Made by a program: the position numbers and the translations under genes. From Octopus sinensis (taxonomy: Eukaryota), in NCBI RefSeq assembly GCF_006345805.1, contig NC_042999.1, forward strand, positions 74,648,001 to 74,712,000: a stretch of DNA of 64,000 bases, given 5' to 3'. Numbering within the stretch: position 1 is the first letter of the stretch; every line of letters starts with the position of its first letter. This document shows, piece by piece, positions 23,955 through 38,427 of this stretch. A model generated the notes under the pieces. That model was not told where the DNA came from. It made no database searches and worked only from the letters and a program-made list of their open reading frames with translations.

Positions 23955-24847
23955 ATGTATCTGCATGCTGTTGCTTATATTTTCCTATATTTTCTGTGAT
24001 GTTGTATCTTGATGATGATTATGTAACGAATATGATAAACTGTAGTTAAATGTAGCCGATTGCTTTGCCCTCTTTGTGTCTCTCTCAGTGTCTCTTTGTT
24101 GTTGTTGTTCTCTCCGGTCGGGTTGCCGGGTTCGCCGCCTTCTCGCCGACCGAGTTCTCTGTTTCCGTGGTGAATTCGCCGATCGATCGAGCCAGGTCAA
24201 TCGAGGTGGATTGCCCCCGCCCGTATCAATATGTACGTACGTACATACATATATATATATAACTTAAATGAGGAAAAGAGAAATCCAAATCGATGTTGAA
24301 AATGAGCATATTTCTTTGTTCTGTACCATATATAAATTTATGTAATATATGCAGTATATGAAACATATGTAATACAATAAAATTAAGAAAAATAACCATT
24401 ATTCATTCACATCCTTAAACATAATGATTTGAAACAACTAATCTATGAAATAAACATGCAATGCAAAATAAATATATATAACTTTATACACAAGTCAACT
24501 CCAAGCAAATAGACTGAACATATACAATCATTCATCAACGAACTTCTTAGCGTTTTATGACATATTAAATGTCTCAAAATGCTATGAAGACATAAGCAAT
24601 GAATTTTACTTTAGAGAAAACTGGAAGAATGTAGTGCTGTACCTGAATATTGGTTGTTGTTTATCTCTGAATGAGCAGACCAATGATATATAGGTAGAAG
24701 GGGAAATGAATAGGTGCTGTCCACAAGACTTCTGTCTTAGGCATGTCATATGTCAGGGTCCATTCAGTACACATTCTGATATGTAGTGGCTTATCTTCTT
24801 GGCATACAGAAACTAAAAGAAGCCCATCATAAAGACAGAAACTAAAA

Positions 24848-25078
24848 GGCGGCGAGCTGGCAGAAACATTAGCATGCCGGGTGAAATGTTTAGAGGTATT
24901 TCGTCTATCTTTACGCCCTGAGTTCAAATTCCGCCAAGGTCAACTTTGCCTTTCATCCTTTCGGGGTCGATAAATTAAGTACCAGTTACACACTGGGGTC
25001 GATGTAATCAACTTAATCCCTTTGTCTGTCCTTGTTTGTCCCCTCTATGTTAGCCCCTTGTGGGCAATAAAGAAATAA
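24848..25078 (+). mobile_element. Complete tRNA-derived SINE with target-site duplication
   Basis: B-box-like gagttcaaattc, central gcctttcatcctttcggggtcgataaattaagtaccag, flanked by repeated agaaactaaaag. Decayed minus-strand copies occur at about 25900-26070, 48000-48125 and 49030-49200. Confidence 0.8.
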
Positions 25079-26168
25079 GAAACTAAAAGAAGCCCATTAT
25101 ATATGTGTGCTTTTCTCTGTGTGTGTGTGTCTCTGTGTGCATGAATATGTACAATCTTTGGTGAGCTGTGCTACAATGACACCACCACTTGTAAGCAATG
25201 TCACTATTTTTAGCTAGTTTACAACCAGTGATGTTTATTGGCATTTCCTGTCAGCAAATCACCCTCTAGATCTGCACTTTTGAATACCTCTGGAATTAAA
25301 GTTCCCTTAATTGATAAACAGGAAGAGATCCTGCCCCAAATACTGTTCTATCTAAACTTTGTTAGCTTGGAAATATGGGAATTAAACAACTGAATGAACG
25401 TAATATTTCTTTCTCACTTGGCGTTGTTTAGCTCTAGATCAGTCTTGATCAAACAGACTTAAGTTCAAAGAAATTCCAACTGTGATCATCTTGTTTTCTT
25501 TTCAGACATCATTGTATCATCACATTAACCAATGTCTTCTTTGTTTTTTAAGATGGTAAGGTGTGATTTGAGGGTGATATGGTAGCTAATTCCAGAAGGC
25601 CTAATGATCACATGGTTCCTTCTTGTCTTATACAAACTGACTTTCATTTGCTTTTCTCAGTAGTTCCTGCATGTTACCACTATTTATCGACAATACAATG
25701 TTCAGCACAGTCTTCTCCATTCTAAACAATATTTCAGTTTCTTAAACATGCATTATTTATTCAGCATTTTCCTATCAATTCAGTGATGAAACCCATCCAC
25801 AGTAGTTTAGTCTGAGAAGTAGTAACTAAACATCCCTCAAATCAGACCCAACTACATGAAAATAGAAGGAAACATAGACAGCAATTTGAAAGGTGGGGCA
25901 AGTTGATTATGATGACACCAGTGCTTGACTGGTACTTAATTTATTGATCTTGAAAGGATGAAAGGCAAAGTTGACCTTGGCAGAATTTCAACTCAGAATG
26001 TAAAGGTGGATGAAATGTCACTAAGCATTTTGTCTGGCATGCTAGCAGGTATTCTAGCTCGCTGCTTTACATAGAGAGATAATGATGTCTGGGATGACCT
26101 GATAGCTTAAAAATGGTATAATAAGGTCCTTTATATTCATTCTGAGCAGACCTACTAATCAATAGCAT

Positions 26169-29100
26169 TGTAGCATGGCAGTTTCTGCCATTTTGAAATA
26201 TGACTATAGCGATTTCTAATATCGTCACTGTTGAAAGGCAAGGCAAGAAATGATCTCGTTTGAGGTTACAGCCATCTTCGGCCAACTAGTTCCTGTTGTA
26301 AACACTAACCTGATTGGTTGACACGTATATACTACGCAGCCAATAATAAGCATAAGTACGGAATTATTGACACAGAAGAAGCTGAAGAAGGAATTTAAAA
26401 AAAAAAGAAACAAAAACAAAATATATATTCATAAAAATAATGGAGCAGGATAAAAAAGAACCCGAGACATCGTACTTCGACAGAAGTCACACACAAGCTT
26501 CTGTCAATGTACTGAATTGTGTCCCGTGGTCTGGAGACACAGTAATTTGGTTGGCGCAACTAGAGGCAAGCTTTAAAGCCAACAGAATAACAAATGAGGG
26601 GCAGAAGTACAACATCATGCTTAGTAATTTGCCTCCACCTCTAAGCAATGAAATCAGAGATCTGTTACTGAACCCTATGGAGCCAGTTTTGTATTCTTCG
26701 ATTAAAGAAGAGATATTGAAGCGTACGTCAAGTTCGAAGCAAAAAGAATTCGCAAAATTATTTAACAACGAAGAGCTGGGTAGTAGAAAGCCCACACAGC
26801 TTCTACGAAGGATGAACGAACTGCTGTGGAATCAGCAAATAGAGGAATCGTACCTCAAGGAGGTATTTTTCAATAAACTGCCGTACAAAACCCAAACTTT
26901 ACTCTCGGCCGTAAAAAACCAGAATTCAAATCAGCAGTTGGCTGATCTCGCAGACGGTATTTTGGAGTTATCGTCTAGAGAAACTATTAGTGCGATTCCA
27001 TCTATTTCAAGTGAAATACAAGAGTTAAAAAAATGTTACGAGAAACAATTCGACATATTAACGAAGAAAATAGAGAGCTTACAACTTGAGAGAAACGGCC
27101 GCTCCGATCAACAAAAAAATACAAGATGGCGCAGGAGATCGAAGAGCCCTAGCTTGAAAAGAAATGCCATATGCTGGTATCACGCTAAATTCGGAGAAAA
27201 TTCTTTCAAATGCATCAAACCCTGTGCGTTTGATTTCCTTGCTAAAAAAAAGGGGAAATTCGGAAAACTTCTAAACCATAGATTGGAGGCGACGAAGTCT
27301 GTGGATAACATTATAAAAAGTCGCGTTTTTCATCTACGACCTGAACTTGAAAGAAAGATTTCTCGTGGATACAGGAGCAACGTGTTCAATATGGCCTGTA
27401 AGGCTCTTAAAACAGAAAACCAAACCTGTGTATATGACGCTTCAAGCGGTGAACCAGTCTGAAATCCAAACATTTGGAGAGATTAGCTTGACGCTCGATA
27501 TAAATTTACGAAGAGAGTACAAATGGATCTTCATAGTAGTGGATTTACCATATCCAATATTGGGAGCGGATTTTTTGGCGCACTATCATTTAATGGTAGA
27601 TGTGCACAAACAAAAATTAATAGACACACAAACCTCCTTAAAGATTCAGGGAATGAGATGCAGGGGAGCAACAATTAGTCCACTATATTTCATAGCGTCC
27701 TCAGAAAATAGGTATCACAGGATTTTGAAAAATTATCCAAAAATCACAAAACAGTTAGCTCTAAATACCACGTGTGCATATTCGGTAGAACATCACATCA
27801 TCCCACAAGGACCACCGAGTTTTTCTAAGCCGAGAAGCTTATCTTCCGGAAAAATTGAAGGTAGCTAAGGCAGAATTTCGGCATATGATGGATCTAGGTA
27901 TAATCCGTCCTTCCAGTAGTAGCTGGTCAACACCATTAGTTATGGTAAAGAAAAACCTTATCGACTGGCGACCTTGTGGAGATTTCAGATAGCTGAATGC
28001 GAAAACAAAGCCTGACAAATATCCAATAACCCACATAATGGATTTTGCAACTTCTTTGAGTGGGTGTACTATCTTTTCAAAAATTGATTTAGTCAGAGCA
28101 TACAATCAAATTCCTGTGGCAGAGAATGATATACCGAAGACAGGGATTACCACTCCATTCGGTTTGTTTGAATTTCTTCGCATGCCTTTCGGATTGAGGA
28201 ACGCAGCAAATACTTTTCAAAGGTTTATGGATGAAGTAACACGAGACTTACCTTTCGTGTTTGCTTATATAGATGATATTCTCATCGCTAGTCCATCAGA
28301 AGAAACGCATGAAGAGCATTTAAAAAAAATCTTCGAACGATTCACAAACTTTGGCATTGTGATAAACCCATCGAAATGTATTTTTGGTGAAACAACTATA
28401 TCTTTTTTGGGTCATCTTATAGATAAAGATGGAATTCGCCCATTACCAGAAAAATTTGAAGCGATAAAAAACTTTCCTGTACCAAATAATTTAAGGAAAC
28501 TCAGAGAATTTTTAGGGATCGTCAATTTTTACAGGAAGTTTATTCCTAAAGTTACGGAAACCCTATATCCCTTAACTGAGCTATTGAAAAATAGGAAGAA
28601 AATAATGAAGCCATAACTTTAAAAGAGACAAAATTACAAGCTTTTAAAGAAATTAAAGAGAAACTGTGTAAAGCAACGCTTTTAAACCATCAGGTTCCTG
28701 AAGCGAAATTATCATTGATGGTTGATGCTTCCGATGTTGGAATCGGTGGTGTTATACAGCAATTTCATTGTAATTCCTGGCAACCATTAGCATTTTTTTC
28801 AAAAAAATTCAAGGCACCAGAAACTAAATACAGTGTGTTCGGCAGAGAATTGTTGGCAGCTTATTCATCAGTTAAACATTTCAGACATCTTCTTGAAGGT
28901 AGGTCATTTACTTTATTCACTGACCATAAACCATTAACATATGCATTAAAAAATTCTTCGGAGAAATATTCTCCTAGAGAAATTAGACACCTTGATTTTA
29001 TTTCACAGTTTACTGTGGATATACGTTATATCAAGGGTGTTGAAAATTCAGTAGCAGATGCACTTTCTAGAATGAATGTAGATGCATTAAACTCATTAAA

Positions 29101-31464
29101 TATTATAAATTTGGAAGAAATGTCCAAGGATCAAGTTGCAGATAAAGAATTTTCTTTATATAAAAATTCCGATTCAACTGCTTTAAAATTTAAAATGTTG
29201 CCGATACATTCGTATAATTCACATATTTGGTGTGATATTTCTACAGGTTTTTCGAGACCATTTGTGCCTGAAATGTTTTTTCTAGCCTACATAATTTATC
29301 TCATCCAGGTATAGAAGCTTCGTTAAAGTTAATATCAAATCGTTTTGTTTGGCCTGGCATGAATAAAGATATTCGTTCATGGGTAAAGTCATGTATGCAA
29401 TGTCAGAAATCTAAAGTGCAGCGGCACATCAAAGCACCATTAGGTACATTTGCAAATCCGGATGCGAGATTCCAGCGCATCCACATCGATATAGTGGGAC
29501 CCTTACCTCCATGTGAGGATAATATCTATTTGTTGACGTGTGTCGATCGCTTTTCAAGATGGCCCGAGGCTTATCCGATAAAAGATGTATCTGTGGTAAC
29601 TATAGCAAAAACCTTGTTTACCAAATTGGATGTCTAGATTTGGCATCCCAAATACAGTGACAACAGATCGTGGTAGACAATTTGAGTCTAGCTTGTTCGC
29701 AGAATTCAATAAATTGTTGGGGGTTAATAGAATTCGTACTTCATATCACCCACAATCTAACGGAATGGTAGAAAGATTCCATAGACAGTTGAAAGCTTCA
29801 TTAAGAACTTATTTTAATTCTAACGATTGGCTGGAGGCTTTCCCAGTGGTATTGTTGGGAATTAGAAGTGCGGTTAAAGAAACTATACAGTATTCTCCGG
29901 CTGAACTTTTGTACGGAACAACATTAACTCTACCTGCTCAAATGTTCGAAGAAACTAATTTTTTCAATGGAGATGTTAATGATTATGTAACTCGTCTAAA
30001 AAAATTTCTTACGGATATTCTTTCTTGTACAAGAAAATTGCAAAATGTTAAAAGTTTTCTTCCTTCGGATATAAAATCTTGGACACATGTGTATGTCCGT
30101 AACGATGCAGCTCATAATTCACTGAAACATAAATACACCGGACCTTTTAAAGTCTTATCGGTTACAGACAAAACTATGACTTTGGAGATGAATGGAAAGA
30201 AAGAAATTGTCTGTCGACAGAGTAAAAAAAGCTTATTTCGACCAATATCCATGTCATGAAACCGGAGATATGAGCAACACACATCAACACAACGTGAAAC
30301 ACAAAAATGATATAGAAAAAAACAGATCCGATGTTGAGGGGAAAGCGAAATCAATTCTAAAATCACCTACAAATGTAAAAAAACTAGAAGTGGTAGAACT
30401 GTACACTTCCCCCAAAAATTTTTTCAGTTTGTTTGAGGATATATTTTTTTTTTTAAAAAAAGAAAATTTTTTTAAATTTTATCCATGGATTATATATATA
30501 TATATATATATAAAAAAGATTTGATTTATATTCATAGATTATATAAAAACAACAAAAAAAAGAAAAAAAAACATTATTTTTTTTTCAGTGAAAGGAGAGG
30601 AACAATGTACAAACAGGATAAATGTAAGCGGTATTGGAAAGACTAAATTCATATGTTTTAAACTTGTAAATGCATTTGTATATATATATATATATATAAA
30701 AATATATGTATAACGAATTTCCTTCGCAAAATTGTAACAATTTTTCTGGCAAGGGGCTGATGTAGCATGGCAGTTTCAGCCATTTTGAAATATGACTATA
30801 GCAATTTCTAATATCGTCACTGTTGAAAGGCAAGGCAAGAAATGATCTCGTTTGAGGTTACAGCCATCTTCGGCCAACTAGCTCCTGTTGTAAACACTAA
30901 CCTGATTGGTTGACACGTGACGCGATTTGTCTCTACTTATTTCGCGCCACTGTCCCGAAATAACCAATCACGGCCTTTGGTTAAGATTCCGTTTTTGAGG
31001 CTCGTTTGAGCCAACCAACCGGTATATAAAGGAGTGTTTTCAGACACTTTTCGTCTTTTAGTTCCAGTTCTTCTAAGAACTAACTTTAGGCCACAGCGTT
31101 ACTCAACCAAGCGATATACGATTGTTCTGGCTACTACCGGCTACGTTAATGTACACAATCATAGAAAGCCTACTATCTTCCCCGTCGCCACCATCATGTA
31201 CCTTCTATGCCAGCCGCATTCACCCTGATTGTCCTGCCACACACATGAACACACAGACACAAGACATGCGAACGCTTACAAACTCCTAACGTTGACACAA
31301 TTGTAAAATAAACAATATTTATATCTCAACAGCAAGACTTGTCAATTCACTTATGTTCTATTGTTACTGCATGTATTTATGGCTTGTAATAATTCGTTAA
31401 GAGTAGAACCACGTGCGATCGTATTTCCTACACGATACGACCGCATGTGATCCTATTGCTTACA
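26169..31464 (+). mobile_element. Ty3/Gypsy LTR retrotransposon, CsRn1/Kabuki-type
   Basis: TSD GCAT at 26165-26168 and 31465-31468; 3' LTR 30761-31464 (TGTA..TACA) after PPT ggcaaggggctga; 5' LTR remnant 26169-26326. Gag has LGSRKPTQLLRRM and the CHCC motif CWYHAKFGENSFKCIKPC. Confidence 0.92.
26440..30259 (+). pseudogene. Gypsy gag-PR-RT-RH-IN with several frameshifts and stops
   Basis: Motifs FLVDTGAT (PR), [15 protein letters not shown] and YIDDILI (RT), DASDVG..TDHKPL..VADALSR (RH), HIDIVGP, TDRGRQF, YHPQSNGMVERFH (IN) and GPFKV. Confidence 0.92.
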
Positions 31465-31566
31465 GCATCAACTCTACATTTGTGCATTAGAATTAAGAAG
31501 GTCCAGTAGAAACTACTTAATTCCTTCTGTAATAGAAGTTGTATGAGAGAATAGAAAAATACTTAC

Positions 31567-31700
31567 AAAACAGATTGGTGAATAAAACTCTTTATTATTG
31601 CCACATATTACAGCCTTCGTGATGGCTGAGAAATACTTTCTGCAGTTTTGATACTCTACAATTTCATTTTTGATTTCTTGTAAAGTATATACACTTTCAT
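31567..31700 (-). CDS. Serine protease exon 3 (Cys168-Cys191 region)
   Basis: ttttcatttaatttctag|AT GAA..TGT TTT|gtaagt. Reads (D)ESVYTLQEIKNEIVEYQNCRKYFSAITKAVICGNNKEFYSPICF; phase 1 to 0. Confidence 0.93.
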
Positions 31701-31981
31701 CTAGAAATTAAATGAAAACAAAAAGAAAAATATTCACCATAACATTTTAAATTTAATTTAATTGTTCAAGACAAAGAAAACTGAAAGGAAAACATATATT
31801 TCTGTAATACTTGGAATATAATTCTCAATGCATCTAAAATTTAAATGCTGAAAAATTAATTTATATATAAGGGCATGGTGGCCTTAGGAAGGGCATCCAG
31901 CTGTAGAAATCTTGCCAGATCAGCATGGAACCTCATGTAGCCTCCTGGCTTGTCAGACCACAGTCAAACCGTCAAACCGGT

Positions 31982-32031
<50 letters not shown>

Positions 32032-32269
32032 GTATGAGAGAAGGAGAATCTGACTATTGTGGATCCAATAGAAGGGCCAGCAATCCAAATAGACAGTAGC
32101 TAGATTAAGTGAACACATAGAGAGATGTGCAGATAATATCCAACCAAACTTCACAGTTTTTCCCCACCTACCATTGCAAAGAAACAACTTCTCTACAAGA
32201 ACATTTCAATAAAGAAAATTTAGAACATGTCTAAATATGAACGCATAACCAACTTTGATCGTAGGATAT

Positions 32270-35200
32270 TGTTGTTGTTATATATATCTAATGTATTGAG
32301 TATTAAAGGAAGTAGTGAGTATTTAGTATGAAAGATTAAAAAAGTGAGAGAGACTGAAAAAACGTGTTAACGATACGAGATACTTTATTAGACTGCGCGT
32401 TGTTGTACAAGGTATCTGTTGTGGCGGGAAACTTATTGATTGTCCTTGTATCAAGGGAGACAATGGGCAACGTTAATTGTTCATGTTTGTTGTGATGATT
32501 ACATAACATCTCCCCCCTTAAAAAAAATTTTTTTTTATCTGTATCTACAGGGAATAATTATTCGTCGTCCACTTTTTGTGGTTTTATTATTTTGTAGTGT
32601 TGAATTCTGTAGTTGTGCTGTTTTTGTTTTTTCATGCGTGTTTGTTGACTTTGGAAATATATTTTCATAATCTAATTCTTCTGTTATGCGAACGTGTTCG
32701 TTTGTTTTAAGAATATGTTGTCTATTTCGTTTGACTGTATTACCTTCCTCTGTTATTACTAAGTATGAACGAGGTTGCTCTAGTTTTTTAATTATTTTGC
32801 CCCTTCTAAACCAATTGTTGTTAAACTTAATTCTAACCGTGTCGTGTGGTTTTAACTCTGGGAGTTCTGTTGTAATGTTTGATTTCTTCTTTTCGTGAGG
32901 TCTGATACCAATTTTGTCGTGTAGTATGTTTGGGAGATTTGTTCGCAATGTTCTATTCATTATTTGATTTGCAGGGGATGGTGCACCATTTTGTAATTTA
33001 GTCGTGCGTCATGCTAAGAGCGCTAATTGAGGTTCATCGCCACTTTTGAATGCCTTTTTTAGCGTCTTTTTTATTGTCTGTATATTTCTCTCAACCATGC
33101 CATTCGCTTGATGATAATGCGGGCTTGTCTTCGTGTGATGAAAATGCCAATTTTTTGCAATTTTTTTGAATTCAGCCGAATTGAATTCTGGACCGTTGTC
33201 ACTTACAACTGTTTGCGGAATTCCGAATTTAGCAAAAGTTTCTTTTAATTTTTTGATTACGGTTTTTGACTGGCAATCATTTATTTCGTGTAGATCAAAA
33301 AATATTGTTGTATAGTCAATGATTGTCACATACGAATTTCCAGACAGGTGAAATACGTCTATACCCACTTTGGTCCATGGTGTAGTAGGTATTTCATGAT
33401 TTATTAGTGGTTCGGCTGGTTGTTGGTTTTTGTAGTCGATGCAGTATGAGCATGTGTTAATCATTGTCTTTGATTTGAGCGTTAATGCCAGGCCAGTATA
33501 TACATTCCTTGGCTCTCTCTATGCATTTTTCGATGCCCATGTGTCCGGTATGTATTTCCTGTAGAGCTTCTCTACGTAATGACTTAGGTACAATTATTCT
33601 TGAACCTTTTAGAACGAGACCATTGACGATTGATATTTCATCCCGAACGGAAACGAATGGTTTGATGTTTATTGGTATTTTGCCTTTTGGGGGCCATTCT
33701 GTTCTTGTATATGTGATGAGTGTCTGTAGTGACGGGTCGTCTGCAGTGGCTTCTTTATACTCGTTTAATTTAGTGTCGGTTATGGGGTAATTTTTTTATT
33801 ACTGCATATATGTGCGATTTCATATCTTCGTTTGATACTTCTGGAGTATTTTGCTCAAGGTATGCACGTGATAGTGTATCTGCAACAACTGATTCTTCAC
33901 ATTTTTCTATTATGTCGTTTGTGTTCGACGAATTTATTTTTGAAATTCTCTGAATTAGGTTCAGATCTTTAGCTGTCTTTGCATCTATAACTGCGTGCGA
34001 GTTTGTTTTTGCAACAATGAATTTTATTTGTTTTGATAATTCTTTGTATTTAATGACTGCTGTGCATTTTCCTAGCACTTTTATAGCTGTGTTATTGTAA
34101 GCTGATAATCGAGTTGAGGTTTTTTGCAGTTGTGGTTTTGGAATTATAGTTTTATATTCTCTGAATGGCAGTACGGTTACGTCTGCTCCAGTATCAATTT
34201 TGAATGTTACATTCGAGTTATTCACTTTTAGTTCGACCGTCCAAATGTCTTTTGGAGTCTTGAACTTTTCGATTTTGTGCACGCGAGAATTATTTGAAGT
34301 GATCATTTCGAGTGCATGTGTATCGTCATCTGATTCATCGTCGGTATGTGTCTCTACTTTATGTACAAATTTTCTTGATTTGCACATTTTTGCATAGTGT
34401 CCTTTTTTCTTGCATTTTTCACATGTCTTGTGAAATGCTGGGCACTTTTTTCTTTGGTGATTATAACCACAATAGTGACAGTTAGTGACGTAGTGTTGAT
34501 TTGGCGCTTGAAACTTCGCGGGCTTTCTGTCACTTCCGCCTTGTTTGTTTTGATGTCTGGATTGCATATGGCGAGTTATTTGAGTTTTGGCGCCTTTTCT
34601 GTCGTGTTGACTATATACCCTCGAGATTTCGTTATCTCTTGTTTCGGATGTGGCATTCAGCATCCTTGATTAGAGTCGTGTCTGCTCTGCACTCTGACCT
34701 GCTTGAATTGTTTTTTGTAAGTCTAAATTTGATTCTCTCAATAATCTTTCTCTTAGTCTCATGTCTCTGATTCCACATATCAGAATATCTCTGGTGCGAC
34801 TGTCTGTGAGGTTGCCGAATTCGCACTGTTGTGCCTTTTGGCGCAACTCTACCACGTACTCATCGAATTTTTGATGTTCCGCTTGTTCACATGTGAAGAA
34901 TTTGTGTCTCAGGAAAGTTATGTTTTTCCTGGGTTCACAATATGTATCGAATTTTTCGATTACTGTTTGAAGGTTCATTTCTTCGTCGGGTGAATCGAAA
35001 TCCAGAGTGGAATGGATGTCTCGGCCTTTGGAACCGATGCAAGTTAAAAACATTGAAGTTTTTACTTTGTCTGGCTTTATGTCACTTTCTGTTGCTATCA
35101 AAAAGAGATTGAATTCTTTTTTCCACTTTTTCCATGCTGCGGCTAGATTTTCCTGATTAAAGTCTAGGTCGTTTGGATGCGGTAAATTTTCCATTTCGTC

Positions 35201-35511
35201 TTTGAAGTATGATTTCAACTTCTTTTTTCTTTTGGTTTCTGTATGTTGGGTTCTTTTAGTATTCTGACACCATGTTGTTGTTATATATATCTAATGTATT
35301 GAGTATTAAAGGAAGTAGTGAGTACTTAGTATGAAAGATTAAGAAAGTGAGAGAGACTGAAAAAACGTGTTAACGATACGAGATACTTTATTAGACTGCG
35401 CGTTGTCGTACAAGGTATCTGTTGTGGCGGGAAACTTACTGATTGTCCTTGTATCAAGGGAAACAATGGGCAACGTTAATTGTTCATGTTTGTTGTGATG
35501 ATTACATAACA
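32270..35511 (-). mobile_element. Mag-type Gypsy LTR element with RT/RNase H deleted
   Basis: 239-bp LTRs at 32270-32508 and 35273-35511 differ at 5 sites; TSD GATAT on both sides; PBS TGGTGTCAGAAT (35272-35261, tRNA-Leu-like); PPT taaggggggaga. Gag has paired knuckles, PR is FKIDTGADVT, IN has SDNGPEF and QANGMVER, and no RT motifs are present. Confidence 0.93.
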
Positions 35512-36174
35512 GATATATTTTAATTCATGATCACATACCCATCACTGTACATATTTGATCCCGCTACTTTAGCTTTTGAGCTTTTGCTATATATATTTAT
35601 TTATTCCCTCCCAGAAAGATGAGCAATTACTTCCCCTGTCCCGAATAATAACGATCACCAATTACTTCCCCTTAGATTATTCTACTTGTTGAATCATTCA
35701 TTCACAAGCTTCTCCGTACAGATGGACGAAAGTCTAAAGAAAATTCGAAATTACAATAATTTCAATGTCATGGTTTGCGAAAGCGAAACTAGTCAACAAA
35801 CACAATATCTTTCACATACAAAATATACTAAAACTATGTGCATTTTCCTTCTTTTACTTTATATTTACATTTTTTGCATTAGAATTCACCATGTGGGGAT
35901 AATCGAAATTTCCTTCCTCCTTTTTGTTACAATCCAAATTTTATTTAATTTGCTTTGCAGGAGCAACTATTTTATCGAAAGCGTATATTGTTGTTAAATG
36001 CTTGAAGAACGGGACTAGAAAAACAGCCAACAACTGATAAAGGGTCGTTCTTTATGTTGTTTGTTTTGTTTTCCATTTGTGTCGTTCGTTGTTCAAAAGA
36101 ATAGTTCATGTTCCATGTACTCGTGCTTCGTACTTTTTTGTCGTACACATTTCATGACGTCCTGTGCCCACACA

Positions 36175-36632
<458 letters not shown>

Positions 36633-37848
36633 AGAGTGCGTTAGTTTTTTGAGAACACTTCTTTGAAGAGCTGAAATTTTCTTCTAAATAATTTTTAAAC
36701 TTTTTCAGATGAATAATGTCAGATATCAGGCTGTCTCAGCGAATGAACAGGCACACTGTACTCATTGCCCTAAAAGCCAAGTGTAGTTTTTTAGAGATAG
36801 CCTGCTTCCTGAGAGTTGCCTGATTCTTCATTGTCAAAGTTGAAAGGAGCTGAAATCTGTTGATGGGGATCTAACATCAACAGCTAAATGCAAAATTTAT
36901 GTACAGGACCCTAATACCATCAGAACACATAACTTTGTACAAACAGCCCAAAAGATAATTCATACAAAAACTCCGGAAAGTTAGAGCCATTGCAAAGGTC
37001 CTCAAGTTTTAAGAATGCGTCACCAAATCTGGCACAAGTCGTATGTGATGCAGAGGGGGCCAGATTATGTCAGAAAGGACAGAAGAGAAATGCTCTATTT
37101 GTGTAAAGCACTTGCTTACTAAGTTAAAACACCAAAAGGCTGGAATGCTTTGGTTTTTCTTTGATGTGAAAAACTTTGGTCAAGATCAAAAGGTAAACCA
37201 AATGAATGTAAGATTATGCAGAGACCCAAATGAGGTCTAGTGGTGATGCATACTAAACTCTCAGCAACTCTGATAGATCTGGGAATCCTCAGCGATGAGG
37301 GAGATGTCATGCTTCCTCATTTTTTCTCACAGGGCTTAAGAGTCAATGACACTGTTTCCCCAGAGGCACTGAAGGAATTTGTGCTGCCCTGGAAAGACAA
37401 AGTATGCAATGGAAAACTATACATCTTTCAACAAGACTCTATGCTGTCTCATAAAGCTAGGTCAACTCAAGTGTTGTACGACAATCTCCAAGACCATGTT
37501 CTTGACACATGACTTCCTAGCTCACCAGACCTCAATCCACTTGACTATTATATACCTGGGCTGTTGAAAGAGGTCATCAACACCCCTCACAACACCATAC
37601 AATCTCTCAAGTCTGCCATAACCAGCACTATGTCAAAAATTGATAAAAATCATCTGATTTGGGCATGTCATTGCTGCCAATCCCATTTTGAAGCAGTCAT
37701 TGATGCTAATAGTACATTCATTAAACAAATTTGGTAAAAGGATTCTCAAGATTATTTGTACCAATTCGTTTTCAAATACAGCTTCTCTTTTATGAGCTGT
37801 GTGCCTTTTTCTAGTCATACAAATGACAGCAAAAACTAATGCACTCTG
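36633..37848 (+). mobile_element. Tc1/mariner superfamily fossil (maT/DD37D-like)
   Basis: TIRs agagtgcgttagttttt and aaaaactaatgcactctg with TA flanks. Transposase remnant VLPW..GKLYIFQQDSMLSHKA..SPDLNPLDY. Confidence 0.75.
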
Positions 37849-38221
37849 TACATACATACATACATACATACATACATACATACATACATACATACATACA
37901 TACATACATACATACATACATACACATACACACATGCTCTTTATGTCCATTTTGCTATATTTGCTGGGTCACAAAACAATTTGTTGAAGCAGATTTACTT
38001 TGACTAGATTCTCTACCTGATGCCAAGCCACACTTATTTCTAAGTAAAATTTTCCTTAATTCTTTGAGCATGAATAACATAACGTCCAGATTTATTTCCT
38101 AGGAAAATTACAAACAAATGGTAATTATAATGGGAGCATAATGTTGCTGATCATTTACATTTAGCATGCAGTACTAAAACAACGAAACATAACCATACAC
38201 TTGCACCACACACACACACAT

Positions 38222-38427
<206 letters not shown>

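Noticed and set aside
24848-24960. tRNA gene
   Set aside because: Only A/B-box-like motifs in a SINE head; no complete cloverleaf, and it continues into SINE body sequence.
27240-27335. Programmed gag-pol frameshift in the CsRn1-type element
   Set aside because: The offset is +1 at a T5 run inside the protease start, and the element has many other indels, so a mutation or sequencing error is more likely.
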